NCBI GenBank assembly: GCA_018970465.1
Contig: JAGWWI010000002.1
Span: forward strand, 4,517-68,516
DNA: 64,000 nt
Source of the DNA: Patescibacteria group bacterium
Lineage (GTDB): Bacteria > Patescibacteriota > Minisyncoccia > Phycocordibacterales > Phycocordibacteraceae
Direction of reading: 5' to 3'
Positions 1-9,537 of the stretch are shown here, piece by piece; the stretch's first letter is position 1, and each line of letters starts with the position of its first letter. The notes under the pieces were generated by a model. The model worked only from the letters and a program-made list of their open reading frames with translations. It did no database searches and was not told where the DNA came from. Position numbers and translations under genes: made by a program.

Positions 1-1086
1 CCGCGGACCAATAAACGCAAGATCGCCGGCGATTACATTGATAAGCTGCGGTAGCTCGTCAATGCGGGTCTTACGAAGGAAGGCGCCGAGCTTCGTGACA
101 CGATTTGCGGCACGCAGCTTCGGATCGCCGTGGTCATTAATGAGCATCGTCCGCAGTTTGATGAGGTTGAACGTGCGACCATCCTGCCCCACCCGCTCGT
201 TCTTGATAAATGCCGGCCCGCCGGAGAGTCGCAGGAGCACGGCTGCGAGCGCTATGAACGGCGAGGCGATGATGAGGACGATAATGCCGAAGAGAATATC
301 GAAGATGCGTTTAGCGGCGCCGTAGAGCGTGCGATGGCGTCTCGGTAAGCGCTCGAGGAGCCACGCATGATCGATGTGGTCGAGCGGTACGCGATCGAAA
401 ACGTTTTCATAAAATGCCGCGAATTCAAGAAATGCCGTCCCGCCAAGCAGGGCGCCATATAACGCCGGGAGGATCGGGGCGACGGCTGCGTCGCGCGTGT
501 CGATGACGACGGCCGTGACGCCGGCACGGCACGCGCCATTTACAAGGCGTTCGAGTTCCTCTGGACGCTTTCCTGCCGGGTCGATGTGCGCGGTAAATGA
601 GAAAAGGTAGCGGTCGTTGCCGTTTACTTCTTCGAACACTTCGCGTGCGGCTGTTCCGCTTGCGACGAGGAGCGCGCGCGTTTTCGCGCCGGCGCTGCGC
701 TCGCGCTTCGCACGATAGAGACGCCACGCAGAAACCGCGATGACAGAAACGGCAAAGTAAAGGGCGAGAATCGTCTTCGGCGCGATCGAGAGCGGCAGTA
801 CGAAGAACAAGAGGGCCGCAAGGATGACGTTCGCCACCTGTGCGCCGAGGATGCGTTCGCCCATCTCGAGCTTCACGAGCCGCGTCTGTTTCTCGTAGAG
901 CCCCGCGATGTAGAAGACGACGATCGAGAGCAGGAAGACCGGGATGAAGGGGGTGAGGTTCGATTCGAAGTAACTAATCTGCGGGAATCCGAAGTTACGG
1001 ATAGCAAGCGCCACCCAGAGGGATGCGATAAGAATGAGGAAATCGCCTAGTGCGAGAATAGCCGTTTCCCGGCGCGTAAACTCCAT
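1..1086 (-). CDS. Sugar transferase (polyprenyl glycosylphosphotransferase, WcaJ/WbaP family), 3' end outside window
   Basis: Manual translation from ATG at 1086: MEFTRRETAILALGDFLIL... with N-terminal TM helices, then AKRIFDI...RVGQDGRTFNLIKLRTM...LRKTRIDELPQLINVIAGDLAFIGPR. Confidence 0.9.
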   Translation of the reverse strand, partial: MEFTRRETAILALGDFLILIASLWVALAIRNFGFPQISYFESNLTPFIPVFLLSIVVFYIAGLYEKQTRLVKLEMGERILGAQVANVILAALLFFVLPLSIAPKTILALYFAVSVIAVSAWRLYRAKRERSAGAKTRALLVASGTAAREVFEEVNGNDRYLFSFTAHIDPAGKRPEELERLVNGACRAGVTAVVIDTRDAAVAPILPALYGALLGGTAFLEFAAFYENVFDRVPLDHIDHAWLLERLPRRHRTLYGAAKRIFDILFGIIVLIIASPFIALAAVLLRLSGGPAFIKNERVGQDGRTFNLIKLRTMLINDHGDPKLRAANRVTKLGAFLRKTRIDELPQLINVIAGDLAFIGPR

Positions 1087-1131
1087 GTTGGTGCATACTA
1101 TAACGTAAAAAATTGTTGTACAGTTTCCTCT

Positions 1132-2127
1132 ATGAAAGCCTCGCCCCCTAAGAAGGTGCTGTTCGTCATCACGAAATCCATCTGGGGCGGAGCGCAGCGG
1201 TACGTCTACGACCTTGCGACGCACCTCCCGAAAGACCGGTTTACGCCGGTCGTCGCGGCCGGCGGGGACGGTCCCCTCCTCACGAGGCTCCGCGATGCCG
1301 GTATCCGCGTCATTCCGCTCGCGCTCACGCAGCACGCGAACTTCTTCGCGACTCTCTTCACCCTCGCTCCGCTCTTCCGCCTCGTCAGCATCATGCGCGA
1401 AGAGCGACCCGGGGTAGTCCACGTGAACAGTGCGAAGGCGGGCGGACTTGGTGCACTTGCCGCGCGTATCGCCCGTGTGCCAAAGATCGTCTTCACCGTA
1501 CACGGGTGGTCATTCCTTGAAGCACGCAACCCGCTTGTGCGCTCGCTCATTTATTTCTTCTCGTGGCTCACCGCCCTCCTCGCCCACACGGTCATCGTCG
1601 TCTCAGACCACGACCTCCGCATCGCGCGGCGCATGCCCTTTATCGGGTCAAAAACAGTACGGATTTACAACGGCATCGATCTCGACGCGCCGCTTGGCAG
1701 TGGAGAACAGATTCGGCGCGCCTTCCCCGCCGGAGTGCGCATTACCGGAACTGTCGGCGAACTCACTAAGAATAAAAATCACCTGGCGCTCATTGAGGAG
1801 GCGCGAGAGGATCCGGAGATGTTCGTCGCGATCGTCGGCGAAGGTGAGGAACGTTCACGTCTTATCTCGGCGATACGCGCCGCCGGCCTTGAAACGCGCG
1901 TGAAGCTCTTCGGCTTCCTCCCTGCGCGCGAGGTACTGCGGGGCTTTGACGTGTTCGCGCTCCCCTCCCGCAAGGAAGGCCTCCCCTACGTGCTTATCGA
2001 GGCGCGTGCGGCCGGCCTCCCTATTCGCGCCAATCGCGTGGGCGGCGTCGGCGAGGTCCTTGACGCGCCCGACCTGCGCGTCTTCTCTCTTGACCAGATG
2101 GTGCGTGAGACGAGCGAACGGTACTAG
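1132..2127 (+). CDS. Glycosyltransferase family 4 (GT-B)
   Basis: GGAQRY N-terminal motif; FALPSRKEGLPYVLIEA (E-x7-E) motif. Confidence 0.9.
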   Translation: MKASPPKKVLFVITKSIWGGAQRYVYDLATHLPKDRFTPVVAAGGDGPLLTRLRDAGIRVIPLALTQHANFFATLFTLAPLFRLVSIMREERPGVVHVNSAKAGGLGALAARIARVPKIVFTVHGWSFLEARNPLVRSLIYFFSWLTALLAHTVIVVSDHDLRIARRMPFIGSKTVRIYNGIDLDAPLGSGEQIRRAFPAGVRITGTVGELTKNKNHLALIEEAREDPEMFVAIVGEGEERSRLISAIRAAGLETRVKLFGFLPAREVLRGFDVFALPSRKEGLPYVLIEARAAGLPIRANRVGGVGEVLDAPDLRVFSLDQMVRETSERY

Positions 2128-3261
2128 TCACCCGCCTACGTATTCATTTGCGCTTATATCGCGTGGCGCGGCGCGGCTGTAGCGCGCAAGCGAGGTCACG
2201 ACGCCAAGCGCGGCAAATTCGAGGACGAGGTGCGAGCCGCCTGAACTCATAAATGGTATCGTCGTGCCGGTTACCGGCAGAAGGCCGAGGCTAATGCTCA
2301 TGTGTATCGCAACGTGCGCGGCGAAGAGTATGAGTACGCCGAGCGTGAAAAAGGCGTCGAAATTCGTCGCCGCCGCGCGCGCGATCTGCGCGAGCCGCGC
2401 GAAAAGAAGCGCGTATACAAGAAGGAGGAGCACCACCCCAATGAAGCCCCACTCCTCGGCAAACGCGGCGAAGATGAAGTCGGTCTGGTATTCGGGCAGG
2501 AAGCGGAGCTTTGACTGCGTACCGTAACCGATGCCTTTGCCGAAGAGTTCTCCGGAACCGACAGCGATCTTCGCCTGGTAGGCGTTATACCCCGACCCGT
2601 GAATGTCGCCCGCCGGGTTGACGAACGAAATGATGCGCGCGCGCTGGTAGGGTTGCAGCCCGAAGGACCAGAGCGCCGAAGCAGCGACGAGGCCAATGCA
2701 GCCAAGGATAGCGAGGTGTTTTTTCGAGATGCCGGAGACGAGCATCATGCCGAGCCAGAGGACGCTGAATATGATGGCGTTCCCAAGATCCGGCTCGATG
2801 AGAATGGGCAGGATGAGTGCGAGCGCGTACGCGCCCGAGACGATGATGTGTCGATAATCGCCAATCTCGACGTGCCGGCGCGAAAGATACTTCGCGAGAA
2901 GCGCGATGAGGGAGAACTTCGCGAGATCCGCCGGTTGGAAGGAAACCGGCCCGAGCGAGAACCATGCGCGCGCACCCATCACCGGGTGCGCGATAAGGAG
3001 CAAGAGCGCGAGAAGCGCGAAAGAAATCCCGTAGAGCGCCATGACGACAATCGTTCGACGCATGAGGCGCATATCGAGCGTCGAGAGCACTAGGTAGATG
3101 ATGAGCGAGATGGCGATCCAGAGGAGCTGGCGCGGCGCGAGCGACGCGCCCTGCCCGAACGTACTCATCGTGAGTGTGCCAAGGAGCGCGAGGGCGAGCG
3201 CAGGAAAAAGGAGTGTCCAATCGAAAAAGACGATTCGGCGCGGACGTGGTGGAGAAACCAT
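2128..3261 (-). CDS. rodA: SEDS peptidoglycan glycosyltransferase RodA
   Basis: GARAW, FQPADLAK, EPDLG, LPEYQTDFIF, P.TG..IPFMSSGGS motifs. Confidence 0.88.
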   Translation of the reverse strand: MVSPPRPRRIVFFDWTLLFPALALALLGTLTMSTFGQGASLAPRQLLWIAISLIIYLVLSTLDMRLMRRTIVVMALYGISFALLALLLLIAHPVMGARAWFSLGPVSFQPADLAKFSLIALLAKYLSRRHVEIGDYRHIIVSGAYALALILPILIEPDLGNAIIFSVLWLGMMLVSGISKKHLAILGCIGLVAASALWSFGLQPYQRARIISFVNPAGDIHGSGYNAYQAKIAVGSGELFGKGIGYGTQSKLRFLPEYQTDFIFAAFAEEWGFIGVVLLLLVYALLFARLAQIARAAATNFDAFFTLGVLILFAAHVAIHMSISLGLLPVTGTTIPFMSSGGSHLVLEFAALGVVTSLARYSRAAPRDISANEYVGG

Positions 3262-3280
3262 ACGGCAGGATCTCCCTTCG

Positions 3281-4054
3281 TTATGGGAGCGGCGGGAGCG
3301 GGATGAGCGGCGTCACCTGCATCGTTGTTGGAACGCCAGAGAAAGCATTATTCCAGGTAAAAATTGCCGTTGCCGTGCCTTGCGGAGGTATGAGCGGAAG
3401 CACGGTCTGTGACGCGGCGATGACGTCGTTATTCGCGTCGCGTACGACTACGATCGCCTGCACGTTCGTAAGCGGCTTGATGTCCCCGTTTGCAAGGACC
3501 GCAGCGATACGGGGCATGTCCGGCGATCCACCCTGCGTCACGCTCGACACGCCCGGTATGACGCGCGTATCTTTCGTCATGGTGAACCACCGCAACGATG
3601 ACGAGTCGATGGTAAGAAACGCCGTCGCTACCGCCTGATTCCCCGACACAACGCCGGGGAGAAAGACTGGCACCGTCGCTCCCGGCGGCAGGTCAAGCGT
3701 ACCGGAGATCTCCTGCAGAGGCGTGTGGTCGGCGCTATAGAGCGCTACGTGGTACGAAACATTCTCCGCCGCAACAGTGATGTTTTTATTCTCGACTGAC
3801 GCGATAATGTCCGTGCGACCCGCGGCGTTGGTAAGCACCTTGGTGAAGAGCACGGTCGGCGCTTGCTCAAGCGCCGTACAGAGGTACGGACACGGCCCGC
3901 CGCAATCGACACCCTCTTCGCCCTGGTTTTGGATACCATCGGTACACGACGGCGCTTTATAAAAAACCGAGGAGAAAATAATCACCAGCGCCACCACGAC
4001 AACTGCGCCAATGATGGAAAGAATGGTGAATCTTCGCCGTGCTGCCCAAGACAT
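3281..4054 (-). CDS. Conserved CPR-type membrane-anchored protein (CxDGIQNQGEEGVDCGGPC motif)
   Basis: N-terminal TM helix followed by Cys motif. Start moved to MSWAARRR because the longer ORF overlaps the tRNA. Confidence 0.7.
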   Translation of the reverse strand: MSWAARRRFTILSIIGAVVVVALVIIFSSVFYKAPSCTDGIQNQGEEGVDCGGPCPYLCTALEQAPTVLFTKVLTNAAGRTDIIASVENKNITVAAENVSYHVALYSADHTPLQEISGTLDLPPGATVPVFLPGVVSGNQAVATAFLTIDSSSLRWFTMTKDTRVIPGVSSVTQGGSPDMPRIAAVLANGDIKPLTNVQAIVVVRDANNDVIAASQTVLPLIPPQGTATAIFTWNNAFSGVPTTMQVTPLIPLPPLP

Positions 4055-4099
4055 GAAAGTAAGTATAACAAAAAGCCCGCGCGAAGCGCGGGCGAGAAA

Positions 4100-4177
4100 T
4101 GGTCGGGGTGAGTGGATTTGAACCACTGACCCTCTGCCGATGGGACAGATGCTCTACCGGACTGAGCTACACCCACG
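4100..4177 (-). tRNA. Atypical tRNA (Pro-like body, anticodon loop CC-CAT-CG, bulged acceptor stem)
   Basis: CGTGGGTG TAGCTCAGTCCGGTAGAGC A TCTGT CCCATCG GCAGA GGGTC AGTGG TTCAAAT CCACT CACCCCG A CCA. Confidence 0.7.
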
Positions 4178-4206
4178 ATAAAGAACAAAGAAATTTCAAG
4201 TATTCG

Positions 4207-4323
4207 GTTCTGGCGGCTAGCTACTCTCCCCATCTGTAACGATGAGTACCATCGCCGCTAGGAGGCTTGACTGCCGAGTTCGGAATGAGATCGGGTATGA
4301 CCCTCCCGCCAAACCACCAGAAC
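4207..4323 (-). rRNA. rrf: 5S rRNA
   Basis: CCCGATCTCATTCCGAACTCGGCAGTCAAG...CGATGGTACT...GGGAGAGTAG conserved 5S motifs; complementary ends. Confidence 0.95.
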
Positions 4324-4693
4324 CGAACACTCGAAGTGTCGGCATACGAAACGCATAGGATAAGAATGTGTGAACAAATGATTGTGCTATACAGAGTTCC
4401 GCACGAGAGACTGGACATATTAGTACTCCTCGACTCCGCGCCTTACGGCGCTTCCATCTAGAGCCTATCAACGTGGTCATCTCCCACGAGTCTCATAACG
4501 ATTCCTAATCTTGGAGCACGTTTCCCGCTTATATGCTTTCAGCGGTTATCGCAACCCGACATAGCTACCCAGCGGTGCCCTTGGCAGGACAGCTGGTAGA
4601 CCAGAGGTCAGTTCATCCCGGTCCTCTCGTACTAGGGACGACCCTCCTCAAGAATCAACGCCTGTAGTAGATAGGAGACCAACCTGTCTCACG

Positions 4694-4982
4694 CATCTAC
4701 GTTTGCTCGCATTACTGCGAGGATCGGACTGTAACACCACCCGATCTGGGTGACCAACATTCAGTCTCTAGAGGCGCCGAGATTTTTACTTCTCCGCTTC
4801 CTTCGGTGTTGCCCTCTCGTACACAACGAGTTCGGGTTCCACCGATATCAGTTGATTTGCTAACGTACGTATTCCTACGTACGACCGCCGTGAGTATGTC
4901 TTCGCACACTGCGTCTCCACGCAGCTAACAATTGCCTCGTGGATTCAGACCGTTCAATCACCGACACTCTGTCAGTTGCTGA
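4694..4982 (-). ncRNA. Group I intron at L2593 (no ORF), 289 nt
   Basis: Exons rejoin as CAGACCGT|CGTGAGACAG; 5' exon ends in U, intron ends in G; P7 elements AGAGACTG / TACAGTCC. Confidence 0.9.
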
Positions 4983-5645
4983 ACGGTCTGAACCCAGCTC
5001 GCGTACCTTTTTAATTGGCGAACAGCCAAACGCTTGGGAGCTTCTCCACCCCCGCGCTAAGGTGAGCCGACATCGAGGTGCCGAACTCCGCCGTCGCTAT
5101 GGACGCTTGGGCGGAACTAGCCTGTTATCCCCAGGGTAACTTTTATCCGTTGAGCTTCCTCCGCGTCTAAGGCGGAAGGTCGGATCACTATGCTCTGCTT
5201 TCGCATCTGCTCGGGATGTCCCCCTTGCAGTTAAGCCAGCTTATGCCATTACACTATCGGCACGGTTTCCATTCGCGCCTAGCTGACCTTAATAGGCTCC
5301 TCCGTTACTTTTTAGGAGGATAGCGCCCCACCAAAACTACCTGCCACGCACGGTCCCGATAGGGTTCCGCCCTACCGGTTAGGCACTGCCGGATGTAAGA
5401 GTGGTATTTCACTGACGAGTCCACGGCACCCAAGAGCGCCGCTTCAACCTCTCCCACCTATGCTACGCATACATCCCGCAGGGCCAATACGAAGCTGTAG
5501 TAAAGCTCCTGGGGTCTTTTCGTCTAACTACAGGTATCCGGCATCTTCACCGGAAGTGCATTTTCACCGAGCGAATCCTCGAGACAGCTGCCCAGTCATT
5601 ACGCCATTCGTGCACGTCGGAATTTACCCGACAAGGAATTGCGCT

Positions 5646-5833
5646 CAGGTATTCCTCGAACCTGGACCATATCTTCACCGCCGAAACGGGCACGACGTAT
5701 GGCCTCTCATGTGAGTCGTGTTTAGGATTAACCGGTACATTGCTATACCGGAAGGTAGCTTCGAATAGCGCAACCTATTTACCGACTATAATGGGTCCCA
5801 ATCCTCCCACGTTCGACTGTCGTCGAGCGTGAG
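5646..5833 (-). ncRNA. Group I intron at L1931 (no ORF), 188 nt
   Basis: Exons rejoin as CCTAAGGT|AGCGCAATTCC; terminal G; P7-like GAGAGGCCATA / AAGATATGGTCC. Confidence 0.82.
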
Positions 5834-5847
5834 ACCTTAGGACGATT

Positions 5848-6552
5848 CACTTTGTTACTCTGCCGCGAAGCGGCAACTCTCACGATCGCCCGTGAGTTCG
5901 GACTATATCATCTGAGCTCTCGCCCAGTTCAGCGTGTAGTCTCTGAGGATTCCCAACCCCATCGCCAACGATATGCTCGATGGTATATTTGCGCTTCCTG
6001 CCGCGACCTTCGTTCAGAAGTTCGCGAAGTTGCGCTATCTCTTCGAGCCCTTGCCGTGTCAGATGCTTCTTCTGAAACACCTGGTGCGCGATGTCCTTGA
6101 AGAGTTTGAAGTTCTTCTTGGATTTAGCGGACAAGAATCCGAACCGCTCGAAGAACGGAATGATCCGCTCTTCTATGGATCGCGGATTCGCCACGACGTA
6201 GTACCAGACGCCATCGCGTCGCGCTTGCAGTCGACCGCACCCAAGGTGCTGCTTCATAAGCGCGAGCACGGTCTTGTCGCGTTGCGCGACATTGAACGTT
6301 AGTACCGTCTGCCACCCGATCGTATGATCAGGCCGCTGACGGAAGGAAACGTTGAAGCTCCCTTCTCCGTCTACGAATCCTGCGATGTACCACCCTATAT
6401 GGGGCGGTATGTCGTTGATGTTTTTCATGTTGGGTCTTTCCTGCGGATTGTCTGCACTCGCGCATTGTTACAGGGAGTCTTTCATCCCGAGTAGCGCGGA
6501 GTCCTAACCAGAGTTTCCCGCATTTAGCTGAATTTTATAACTACGATCGTCC
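5848..6552 (-). mobile_element. Group I intron at L1917 carrying a homing endonuclease, 705 nt
   Basis: Exons rejoin as TAACTAT|AATCGTCCTAAGG; P1 AACTAT/GTAGTT with U.G pair; P4 TGCGGG/TCCGCA; P7 CAGAGACTA/ATATAGTCC; terminal G. Confidence 0.93.
5880..6428 (-). CDS. Single-motif LAGLIDADG homing endonuclease (intron-encoded)
   Basis: YIAGFVDGEGSF motif; C-terminus (NPQRLH) reads through the ribozyme core. Confidence 0.93.
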   Translation of the reverse strand: MKNINDIPPHIGWYIAGFVDGEGSFNVSFRQRPDHTIGWQTVLTFNVAQRDKTVLALMKQHLGCGRLQARRDGVWYYVVANPRSIEERIIPFFERFGFLSAKSKKNFKLFKDIAHQVFQKKHLTRQGLEEIAQLRELLNEGRGRKRKYTIEHIVGDGVGNPQRLHAELGESSDDIVRTHGRS

Positions 6553-8784
6553 ATAGTTATCGCCGACATTCACCGGGGCATATACAGTCCAGCACATACC
6601 CGAAAGCATGTACCGCCCGTACTTAACCTACCGGCATCGGTCAGGCGTCACCCCCTATACTTCCTCTTACGAGTTCGCAGGGAGCTGTGTTTTTGGTAAA
6701 CAGTTGCCAGGCAATCTTTCGCTGCGGCCCCGCCGCCCTTGCGGGCGAAGGGGCAGGCCTTATCGCGAACTTACGGCCGCTTGTTTGCCGAGTTCCTTGA
6801 GGATCTCTCACTCGTTCGTCTTGGGCTACTCGCCCTGACCACCTGTGTCGGTTTGCGGTACGGTCGTTCGCAAGTTGAATGCTAGGAGGTTTTCTTGGAA
6901 CCGCGCTCGCTGCCCTCTCTCCCCCCGTAGGAGGAAATTGCGTCGCGGCTCGCGCTAGTGCGTGGCGGATTTGCCTACCACGCGCGCTCACCGCGCCGAC
7001 CCAAATCCAATAATGGGCGGCAGCTACAGCAGTCCGTCACTCCTTCGCCTTACGAACGGTCACGGAATATTGACCGTGTGTCCATCGGGTGCGGCTCTCG
7101 CCATCCCCTTAGGCCCGACTAACCCGGAGATGATCACCATAGCTCCGGAAACCTTGGTCTTTCGACGTGCGGGGTTCTCACCCGCATTGTGGTTACTTGT
7201 ACCTGCATTCTCACTTCTGAACGCTCCACCGCGGGTCACCCCTGCGGCTTCATCGCGAACAGAACGCTCTCCTACCGCTTGCCGCGTACACGTACGCGGC
7301 AAACCCGCAGTTTCGGCACGACGCTTAACCCCGATCATCTTCGGCGCACGGACTCTCGACGAGTGAGCTGTTACGCTTTCTTTGAATGGTGGCTGCTTCT
7401 AAGCCAACATCCTCGCTGTCAGTGAATCCGCACTTCCTTGTGATGTACTGAGCGTCGATTTTGGGGCCTTAACTGGCGATCTAGGCTCTTCCCTTCTCGA
7501 TCGATGGAGCTTCGCCCCCACCTTCTAACTGCCGCCCGAGCAGCGGGTATTCGGAGTTTGATAGGGACCACGAGATTTCTCCCTGTTGGCCCCTTCCAGT
7601 GCTCTACCCCCCACTGCGCATATGGCGACGCCAGCCCAAAAGCTGTTTCGGAGAGAACCAGCTATTCCCAGGTTCGATTAGCTTTTCACTCCTTACCACA
7701 AGTCATCCCAACGCGTTGTACGACGAACGGGTTCGGGCCTCCAGCTGCCTTTCGGCAACCTTCACCCTGCTCATGGCAAGCTCACCTGGCTTCGGGTCGT
7801 ATCGACGCCGCAGACGCGCTATTAACGCTCGCTTTCGCTTAGCCTCCGGGGCGTAACCCCTTAGACACGCGACGTAGATACACTCGCAGGCTCATTCTTC
7901 AATAGGCACGCCGTCACCCTCCCTTGCGGGAACGGGCTCCGACCCTTTGTAAGTGCACGGTTTCAGTTCTATTTCACTCCCCTCTCGGGGTGCTTTTCAC
8001 CTTTCCCTCACGGTACTAGTTCGCTATCGGTCATAGAGCGTATGTAGCCTTACCGGTTAGTTCCGGCAGATTCATTCGAGCTATTCATGTCTCGAACTAC
8101 TCAAGAATATGGACAAAAGAGTCGTCAGCATTTCGCCTACGGGGCCATTACCCTCTGGGGCGCTGCTTCCCAGCAGCTTCGGCTATGATGACGATTGGTA
8201 ACTCTTCTCTAGCAAGCTAGACGTCCATACCTTACAACCCCGTCCTCCGAAGAGTACGGTTTGGGCTTCTCCCTTTTCGCTCGCCGCTACTTGGGGAATG
8301 ACGTGGAATGGGTCTCCATACGCACAAGCATGTGCGCACGGAGACACATTCCTATTGTTCTCTTTTCCTCCGGGTACTGAGATGTTTCACTTCCCCGGGT
8401 TCGCTTCTCGTGGACATGACTCCACGGATCTCTACTAGAAGTAGAGGGGTTTCCCCATTCGGACATCTCCGGATCACAGGCTAATAGCCGCCTCCCCGAA
8501 GCTTATCGCAGGCTAATCACGTCCTTCATCGCCGCTCTAGGCCAAGGCATCCACCGTGCACCCTTCATGCTCCCGTACGGAAGCCTGAATACCACAATCG
8601 TTTTTGCACTTTGACCTCCCTCATTTCTGAGGGAATTTCAATTACCTTTCGTATTCGTGTATCAAAGAGCCCGTGCCCTCTAACGAACGAACCGCCCCGA
8701 GGGGCGGTTCGTTCGTCACGAACGCGTGGCCTAGCGGCCTCCCCCCGAAATCAGGTTTTTGGTGTTCGTAGACACGTAGAAGGG

Positions 8785-8813
8785 AGTGTACAGGAGGGGC
8801 GAAAGCGCGTCAA
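8785..8813 (-). promoter_or_regulatory. Sigma70 promoter of the 23S-5S unit
   Basis: TTGACG-17 nt-TACACT on minus strand; boxA-like GCTCTTTGATA downstream near 8660-8670. Confidence 0.7.
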
Positions 8814-8850
8814 CTAGGACCGTACTCTAGCCTTATCGGAGCCCTGGGGC

Positions 8851-9513
8851 CTATTGGACAACGATGCTTTTGGTAGCGATTACCTGATCTCCGCTCAGCA
8901 CCTTCAATACGTATGTGTTAGGGGAGAAGTAGCGATGGCTCGTAGCAACGTCCCCTTCCGTCATAACGGGAAAGGGATCGCGCGGAGATCTGTCTCCGTA
9001 ATCGACCGAGAGCGTACTGCCGCTGCCTCTGACCTCAAACCAGATGCTCTCACCCACGAGGAGAGGCGAGGATGTTGCGACGTCAATCGACGCTTCCGTG
9101 ATCCCGCCCGAAACCGTAACGGTCGCAGGAGAACCAACACCGATGCTCGGCGGCGGGATACAGTCCCCGTACGCAGGAGCCTGACACTCCCAAGCTTTGG
9201 ACCAGGTCATGCCAGCCTGAAATGTTCCAGAAATGCGATACGTGTGCCGGGCGTGTATAGAACACATGAATAAGAAACAGGTCGAAGACGCGACCGCATC
9301 GATGCTTCCGTCTCCAAAGTACGCTCGGTAGGTCCCGCCACGCGAGGCCAGCGCCAGGGTCGAGAGGCGCACCTCAAGAGGCGCGCTGCCGCGAACGGGC
9401 GTAGCAACATCCATTCGCCCCGTCCGCCACCACATGCCACCTGCGAGCGCAGCGAGCGCGAGAACGACGAGGCCGATCAGGATGAGCGAGGCGAAGCCGC
9501 GAGCAGAGCGCAT
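8851..9513 (-). CDS. Membrane-anchored protein with pilin-like N-terminus and PKD-like repeats
   Basis: MRSARG|FASLILIGL; FGDGS..HTY and DYGD..HRY PKD-like motifs. Confidence 0.65.
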   Translation of the reverse strand: MRSARGFASLILIGLVVLALAALAGGMWWRTGRMDVATPVRGSAPLEVRLSTLALASRGGTYRAYFGDGSIDAVASSTCFLFMCSIHARHTYRISGTFQAGMTWSKAWECQAPAYGDCIPPPSIGVGSPATVTVSGGITEASIDVATSSPLLVGESIWFEVRGSGSTLSVDYGDRSPRDPFPVMTEGDVATSHRYFSPNTYVLKVLSGDQVIATKSIVVQ

Positions 9514-9537
9514 GAGTTAGTTGGTGAAGCGGAAGGA
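9497..9537. repeat. 41-bp direct repeat, copy 1 (gene junction)
   Basis: CCGCGAGCAGAGCGCATGAGTTAGTTGGTGAAGCGGAAGGA, identical to 10652-10692. Confidence 0.9.

Larger units (their letters stand above)
4405..8575 (-). rRNA. rrl: 23S rRNA with three group I introns
   Basis: 5' GGTGGATGCCTTGGC, sarcin-ricin loop AGTACGAGAGGACC, PTC motifs; ends approximate. Confidence 0.97.

Noticed and set aside
4217-8817. Many short ORFs across the rRNA region
   Set aside because: They overlap 23S/5S rRNA; only the intron LAGLIDADG ORF is credible.
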